Assembly: GCA_965205655.1 (NCBI GenBank)
Contig: CBDBIJ010000013.1
Location: forward strand, 1 to 10,927
Length of the DNA: 10,927 nucleotides
Source: Candidatus Latescibacterota bacterium
GTDB taxonomy: Bacteria; Latescibacterota; UBA2968; UBA8231
Direction: 5' to 3'
Shown here one piece after another: positions 5,979-10,927 of this stretch. A program made the position numbers and the translations under genes. Each line of letters starts with the position of its first letter. Positions within the stretch are counted from its first letter, which is position 1. Below the pieces are notes generated by a model, which did no database searches, was not told the DNA's origin, and worked only from the letters and a program-made list of their open reading frames with translations.

Positions 5979-8441
5979 ATGAGGATGGTCCGGCGACGCG
6001 TCCTCCTCCGCCCGCGAGGCGCCGGTATCGTGATGGCGACGCTCCTTCATCTCCTGTGCGCTCACACTGCATGGAGCGCGGCGTCCACTTCCGTTCGCTT
6101 CATCGAAGATTTCGAGCGCCACGGTGCCCTTGAGGCGTGGCGGCTGCGCCAGGTTGATGCGACGATCGAAATCGCCGCCGACAGCGCTGGTTCAACAGCT
6201 CCCTCTCTGGCTGCCTCCGAGGCGAGCATGCCAGACCGCCGACTGCGTCTCACCTACCTGAAATGGCACACTGGCCAGAATAGATGGCCCTCGGCTCGTC
6301 TGTCGTACGGGGACGGGTTGTTCGACGTGGAGGACTGGACCGGCTACGAGTCGCTTAAGTTCGAAGCCTGGAACAGCCATTCAAGCGTCGCGCTCTTGAA
6401 GATTCGCGTCGATGACGGGGACGGTGATCGCTCGATACAGCTCATCTCGGTGCCGCCGAAAAAATGGACAACGTGCAGTCTGGCGCTGAGCGATCTGCGA
6501 GTCCATACCGATCTCGACGAGATCCGCCTGCTCGACTTCTACATGACGCAGCCACAGCGCGACTACGAGCTGGTCATCGATGACATTCGCCTCGAGACAG
6601 GTCCCCTCCGGGTCACCCATCGGGAGCTCACCGTCGACCCTTTTGGTCGCGGATTCAGAGTCAGCGTTGCTTTCAGCCGTGCCGCCAACGTCTCGATGGA
6701 GCTCGTAGCTGAACAGAAGGGTACCCCCGTTCGCCGTTTTGCCGGCTCCGGGTTGCAGGTCACCTGGCAATCGACAGGCAAGCGGCTGTTGCCGGGTTCG
6801 TATCGCCTGCGAGTGGCGACAACAGAGAGTGGGGATGAAGCAGCCGTCGACGTCGGGTCATTCGAGCTCAGCCCGGAGGCGCCTGAGCTCCTCGCCTGGC
6901 TGGAGCCGTCAACGCAGAAGGTCCGTCTCGACAGCTGGCCCCGTGCGGGACAGCCCATCTACAATCTGCTCGATGACAACCCTGACGATCTCGAGCCCGC
7001 AAGGATGCAGATGGTCAGAAACGAGCACGAGGCACTGCAGCTCGTGGTGTTGGGACGGAGCCGGACCTCGGTCGAGATCAACATCGAGAGCCTCCGTCTC
7101 GTCAGCGCTCCCGGTGAAGAAGGTGACGAGCTGCCGGCGGCGGATATCACCGCGCTCCAGGTCGGTTACGTCAAAACCGCGAAGCCATCAGAGTACGACG
7201 TCGAGTCAACAGGCTGGTGGCCGGATCCACTGCTGCCGAAGACACGCATGGCGGCCCGGCCGGAAGAGCCGATGCCGATCTGGATTTCGGTGCGCTCGAG
7301 GAAGGAAAGGTTGCCGGGCCTCTATCGCGGATTCATCACGCTCAACCTGAGTCGCGAGGCCGACAGCTCGATCGTCTGGCAGCTGCCTTTTGAAGTGGAG
7401 ATTCACCACCCGACTCTGCCTGACACCACAACCGTGCGCACCGCTTTTTCGCTGCGTCGGTTCATGCTGGACACGGTGTACGGGAAGAGCCGGGCCCGGC
7501 AGATGTATCGCCCGTACGCGAGTTTCGTCGCTGCGCACCGTCTCAACGTGACTGACTTGTACCGCCGTTCCCCGCCGCCGCTCTACGAGGTGGCCGGTGT
7601 CGCCCGCGCCGGCCTGCTGAACGCCTTCAACCTCATACAGGTCAAAGCAGATGATGCCGACAGCGTCGCTCTCGAAAAGCTCGCTGCGCGCCTCGATCCG
7701 CACGTGCGCCAGTTGCGGCGGGCGGGGATCGCGAATCGCGCTTACATCTACGGATTCGACGAGGTCGCCTCGGACCAGTTCGAGCAGCTCCGGCGCGTCT
7801 TCGGGTTCTTGAAGAGACGCTACCCGGAAATCAAAACGATGACGACCGCTCGGGATCGCAGCTTTGGACTCGAGACAGGCCTGGCGCCCTTCGTCGACAT
7901 CTGGGTGCCGTCGATGGCAGTCTACGACGAGGACGCGGCTGAGCTGGCTCGACAGTCGGGAGAAGAGGTTTGGTGGTACATCTACGTGTCGCCGCCCCAA
8001 CCCTTCGCGAACTGGTTTGTCGAATACCCCGCTCTCGAAGCTCGACTCCTGTGGTGGATGACGTATCAGAAAGGTATCAGCGGTTTTCTGTACTACTATC
8101 TCAATCGTTGGCCGAATCAGATCGCGCCCATGTCACTCGACAGAGAAGACAACCGGATCGAATGGAACCCCGCCTCGTTTGGCACGGCAAACGGAGATGG
8201 GTGCCTGTTCTATCCCGGCCCACAGGGCCCGATAACGACAATCCGGTTCGAATGCATCCGCGACGGCATCGAGGAATTTGAGCTTCTCCACATGCTCACC
8301 CAGCACAACGCTGACGAAGGAGCGGCCGCCAGGCAGCTATGCGACATTCTCGCCCAGTCATTGACGAACTACACCGGCGACTCGAATCTACTCGCACAGA
8401 CACGTCAGCAACTGATTGAGCAGCTGGAAGAGGGTAGATAG
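5979..8441 (+). CDS. Secreted GH123-like / DUF4091-domain glycoside hydrolase with N-terminal CBM-like and Ig-like domains
   Basis: Signal peptide ending AWSA; beta-sandwich DWTGYESLKF...WTT...LVIDDIRLE; RNEHEALQLVV and GWWPDPLLP; putative catalytic AYIYGFDEV; EVWWY; EARLLWWMTY..ISGFLYY; DUF4091-type NGDGCLFYPG and TIRFECIRDGIEEFE. Exact start uncertain (5979, 5985 or later). Confidence 0.75.
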   Translation: MRMVRRRVLLRPRGAGIVMATLLHLLCAHTAWSAASTSVRFIEDFERHGALEAWRLRQVDATIEIAADSAGSTAPSLAASEASMPDRRLRLTYLKWHTGQNRWPSARLSYGDGLFDVEDWTGYESLKFEAWNSHSSVALLKIRVDDGDGDRSIQLISVPPKKWTTCSLALSDLRVHTDLDEIRLLDFYMTQPQRDYELVIDDIRLETGPLRVTHRELTVDPFGRGFRVSVAFSRAANVSMELVAEQKGTPVRRFAGSGLQVTWQSTGKRLLPGSYRLRVATTESGDEAAVDVGSFELSPEAPELLAWLEPSTQKVRLDSWPRAGQPIYNLLDDNPDDLEPARMQMVRNEHEALQLVVLGRSRTSVEINIESLRLVSAPGEEGDELPAADITALQVGYVKTAKPSEYDVESTGWWPDPLLPKTRMAARPEEPMPIWISVRSRKERLPGLYRGFITLNLSREADSSIVWQLPFEVEIHHPTLPDTTTVRTAFSLRRFMLDTVYGKSRARQMYRPYASFVAAHRLNVTDLYRRSPPPLYEVAGVARAGLLNAFNLIQVKADDADSVALEKLAARLDPHVRQLRRAGIANRAYIYGFDEVASDQFEQLRRVFGFLKRRYPEIKTMTTARDRSFGLETGLAPFVDIWVPSMAVYDEDAAELARQSGEEVWWYIYVSPPQPFANWFVEYPALEARLLWWMTYQKGISGFLYYYLNRWPNQIAPMSLDREDNRIEWNPASFGTANGDGCLFYPGPQGPITTIRFECIRDGIEEFELLHMLTQHNADEGAAARQLCDILAQSLTNYTGDSNLLAQTRQQLIEQLEEGR

Positions 8442-8451
8442 ATAAACCGCC

Positions 8452-9213
8452 ATGGGAGGACTGAGTTTCAGGGCGAGGGTCCCCGTCATCGATGCGAATG
8501 TCGGCGTCGGCAATCAACGGGACGACATCAACCCGGTGCAGACGGCGGATGAGCTACTCGAGGAGATGAATCGTCACGGTGTCAGTCGGGCTGTTGTCTA
8601 TCACCGCATGGGTGAGGCGAGGAGCGCGACCGAAGGGAACGAGCGGCTCGAGAGCTTCATTGGCAGCAGGGATGATCTCGCGCCGCAATGGGTCGTCGAC
8701 AGCTGGCCCGACTCGCTGCAGCAGGCGCGGGACTATCACGCCGGCGGTCGCGTCACCAGTCTGCGTCTCCATGACACGACCACGGCGGGAGTGCCACTGA
8801 CTGACTGGATCTATGGAGATCTCCTCTCGTGGGCGAGCTCGGAAGGCATTCCGCTCTGGGTTTCCATTGCCGACAACGATATCCCGTCGCTCATAGCGTT
8901 GCTGCAAAGCTTTCCCGAACTCGACACGGTTCTGGTCGGCGCCCACCAGATGCACGCCTCGAGCGTGCGGCCCGCCTTGAGAGCGCTGCCCCGGGCCCGG
9001 CTGGAGCTGAGTCGATACGAAACAATGGCCCAGATCGAGCCGATCAAAGAGGAATTCGGCATCGAGCGCCTCATCTACGGGTCATATTATCCGCGCTACG
9101 CCATGGGGCCGATGCTCTACTCGCTCCATCTGCAGGAGTTCACGGAAGAAGAGCTGGCCCTCGTGTGTGCCGGCAACGTCAATGCACTGCTCGGAGGCCA
9201 GTGGGATGATTGA
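8452..9213 (+). CDS. Amidohydrolase-fold (Amidohydro_2-like) protein with degenerate metal ligands
   Basis: VIDANVGVG...ELLEEMNRHGVSRAVV...GIPLWV...FPELDTVL...FGIERLIYGSYYP...GNVNALL follows the Amidohydro_2 pattern, but the HxH and GSD motifs are substituted. Starts 10 nt after the upstream stop. Confidence 0.85.
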   Translation: MGGLSFRARVPVIDANVGVGNQRDDINPVQTADELLEEMNRHGVSRAVVYHRMGEARSATEGNERLESFIGSRDDLAPQWVVDSWPDSLQQARDYHAGGRVTSLRLHDTTTAGVPLTDWIYGDLLSWASSEGIPLWVSIADNDIPSLIALLQSFPELDTVLVGAHQMHASSVRPALRALPRARLELSRYETMAQIEPIKEEFGIERLIYGSYYPRYAMGPMLYSLHLQEFTEEELALVCAGNVNALLGGQWDD

Positions 9214-9955
9214 CGGCAGCGAAGTCATCGATTTTCACGGCCACGTCGGCAGCTGGGACAGTATCGGCATGACAGATGATGCCGAAACGATGCTGAGGAC
9301 GATGGACGCAGCCGGCGTCGACAAGGCCTGCCTGTTCAACATCTTCGACGCCGATAGTCGGGAGAGCAACAATCGCACGATCGCTTTCACGTCGAAGCAT
9401 CCCGAGCGCTTCATTCCTTTCGCCTACATCTGGCCCGAGAGTGCGGACAAGATGGTGTCTGAGGCGAAGCGCGCCATCGACGAGCTCGGATGCAAAGCCT
9501 TCAAGACGTACCCGCCGTACACAGCGTTCACTCTCGATGATCGTCGCTGGGATCCGCTCTACGAGTTTGTCCAGGAACGAGGTCTCGCGCTCATCACCCA
9601 TACGAGCAGCGAGTGGCAGTCGTATCCAAAATATCTCGGAGAGTCGGCCCGCCGTTTTCCCGGGGCAACCTTCATCGCCGGCCACAGCGGCAATGTCCAC
9701 GAATACCGCAGCCAGGCGATCGCGGCGGCGCAGATGCATCCGAATTTCTACCTGGAGACGTGCTCCACCTTCAGAACACCAGGCGCCATCGAGCAGCTCG
9801 TCAACGAAGGCGGCGCTGACCGGGTTCTCTTCGGATCGGATTTTCCGCTCATGGATCCCCGCTCGCAGATCGGCAAGATCATCACCGCCGATATCAGCGA
9901 CGCGGACAAGCGCCGCGTTCTCGGAGAAAACGCAAGGAGACTGCTCGCCCTTTGA
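9206..9955 (+). CDS. Amidohydrolase family protein (Amidohydro_2) with an intact metal site
   Basis: VIDFHGHVG, AFKTYP, LITHT, FIAGHSG, NFYLET, ADRVLFGSDFP, GENARRLL. The true start is probably ATG 9206: GGAGG lies at 9193-9197 and ATGATTGA overlaps the upstream stop. Confidence 0.92.
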   Translation: MIDGSEVIDFHGHVGSWDSIGMTDDAETMLRTMDAAGVDKACLFNIFDADSRESNNRTIAFTSKHPERFIPFAYIWPESADKMVSEAKRAIDELGCKAFKTYPPYTAFTLDDRRWDPLYEFVQERGLALITHTSSEWQSYPKYLGESARRFPGATFIAGHSGNVHEYRSQAIAAAQMHPNFYLETCSTFRTPGAIEQLVNEGGADRVLFGSDFPLMDPRSQIGKIITADISDADKRRVLGENARRLLAL

Positions 9956-9957
9956 TA

Positions 9958-9978
9958 GTGCCGCCGAGTTCGCGGCAT
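9958..9978. terminator. Small hairpin between convergent genes (possible terminator)
   Basis: TGCCGC (9959-9964) / GCGGCA (9972-9977) with a 7-nt loop in the 29-nt gap between convergent stops. No strong U-tract. Confidence 0.3.
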
Positions 9979-9984
9979 CGAGTT

Positions 9985-10926
9985 TCAGGTTTTGAGAGCC
10001 ATCTCGAGATCGAGGCGACCCGCCTCACGCGCTTCCCCGAAGAGCTCCAGTGTATCCCGCACACCCTCGTTAAACGATCTGTACGCGATTGGTCCCAGTG
10101 CGGTATTCAGCGCCGAGTCGTCGACGCTGGATGGATGGGGCAGGGGAATCTTGTCGTAGGTTATTTTTCCCGCCGCCTCCGGCACCACTTCCTCAATCGT
10201 GGCGACGATCTCTTCCACCGAGATGGTACTGCCGCCGATGTTGAAGCACGGTGCCCCCTCCAGCCTCTTGCGGGCGGCGGCGATCATGACGGCAGCCACG
10301 TCATCAGCGTGGTGGTAGACGATCGTGCCTCCGAAGTTGATGTGGAATTTCCGACCGACAGAGGCGGCGAGCATCGCTTTTGTCGGAGAAGAGGTGTTTC
10401 CCTGATCGCGGCCGGGACCGTAGACGATACATGGCCTGAGGCCGGTGCTGTGAAGGCCGTGTTCGCGCCAGTAGATGTTCGCCGTGCCTTCGTTCGCCTG
10501 CTTGTATACGCCGTATAACGTAGGCGGCATGAGGGGTGCATCGAAGGCGAGCGGGCCCGCCGGGTAGTGTTCTGGCTCTCCGTAGACGCCAAAAGAGCTG
10601 ACAAATACGAGCCCCTCGATCTGATCCATATGTCGTTTGACCGTCTCGAAGACGACGGCCGTGCCGACGACGTTGACCTGGGCCCCGAGGACGGGTGTGG
10701 CGCGGCAGAAGGGCACTTGCAGAGCGGCGAGGTGGATGATGTGGGTGATGCCGTTATCGACAACGGCATCTTCGAACCTCTGCAGGTCCGTGACATCACC
10801 CGTCAGGAAGGTCACCTTCGAGAGCGCTTCATCACCGATGACGAGATGAAGCCGGTAGGGATCGGAACCAAGGTCGTAGGTGAAGACGTCAACACCTTCC
10901 TCGACGAGGCGTCGAACCGTCCAGGC
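9985..10926 (-). CDS. NAD-dependent epimerase/dehydratase family protein (extended SDR), 5'-truncated by the window edge
   Basis: The frame is open to the window edge (AWTVRRLVEEGVDVFTYDL...). Motifs GDVTD, IIHLAALQ, VNVVGT, FVSSFGVYG, catalytic YGVYK, LRPCIVYGPGRD. The Gly-rich NAD-binding motif lies off-window. Confidence 0.93.
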   Translation of the reverse strand, partial: AWTVRRLVEEGVDVFTYDLGSDPYRLHLVIGDEALSKVTFLTGDVTDLQRFEDAVVDNGITHIIHLAALQVPFCRATPVLGAQVNVVGTAVVFETVKRHMDQIEGLVFVSSFGVYGEPEHYPAGPLAFDAPLMPPTLYGVYKQANEGTANIYWREHGLHSTGLRPCIVYGPGRDQGNTSSPTKAMLAASVGRKFHINFGGTIVYHHADDVAAVMIAAARKRLEGAPCFNIGGSTISVEEIVATIEEVVPEAAGKITYDKIPLPHPSSVDDSALNTALGPIAYRSFNEGVRDTLELFGEAREAGRLDLEMALKT

Positions 10927-10927
10927 G

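Noticed and set aside
9167..9205. ORF-track N-terminal extension of the second amidohydrolase
   Set aside because: ATG 9206 has a GGAGG RBS, a coupled overlap with the upstream stop, and the normal distance to the HxH motif.
10813..10815. ORF-track start of the epimerase
   Set aside because: This is an internal GTG. The frame continues to the window edge and the NAD-binding motif is still upstream.
1..10927. CRISPR arrays, tRNA/rRNA, riboswitches, toxin-antitoxin or defence genes
   Set aside because: No regularly spaced repeats or RNA-gene signatures were seen, intergenic gaps are short, and the coding space is explained by the listed families.

Overview
GC-rich bacterial window containing mostly metabolic and signalling genes plus one complete IS630-family insertion sequence. 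In order: the acidic 3' tail of a + strand gene (1-102); a cytoplasmic PAS-GAF-PAS HisKA_2 sensor kinase (-); an AraM/EgsA-like glycerol-1-phosphate dehydrogenase-family gene (-); a divergently transcribed secreted cyclase-family (kynurenine formamidase-like) metallohydrolase (+); an IS630 element inserted at the TA of that gene's TAG stop codon; a secreted multi-domain GH123/DUF4091-like glycoside hydrolase (+); a translationally coupled pair of Amidohydro_2 proteins, the first lacking the metal ligands (+); and a 5'-truncated NAD-dependent epimerase/dehydratase (-). The most notable signals are the IS630 expression controls (a -1 frameshift, and a start-codon-sequestering hairpin that overlaps the predicted promoter), a target flank that resembles the IS end, and the dead/active amidohydrolase pair next to the GH123-like enzyme. 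I found no RNA genes, CRISPR arrays or defence systems. All family calls come from reading motifs by eye, not from database searches.
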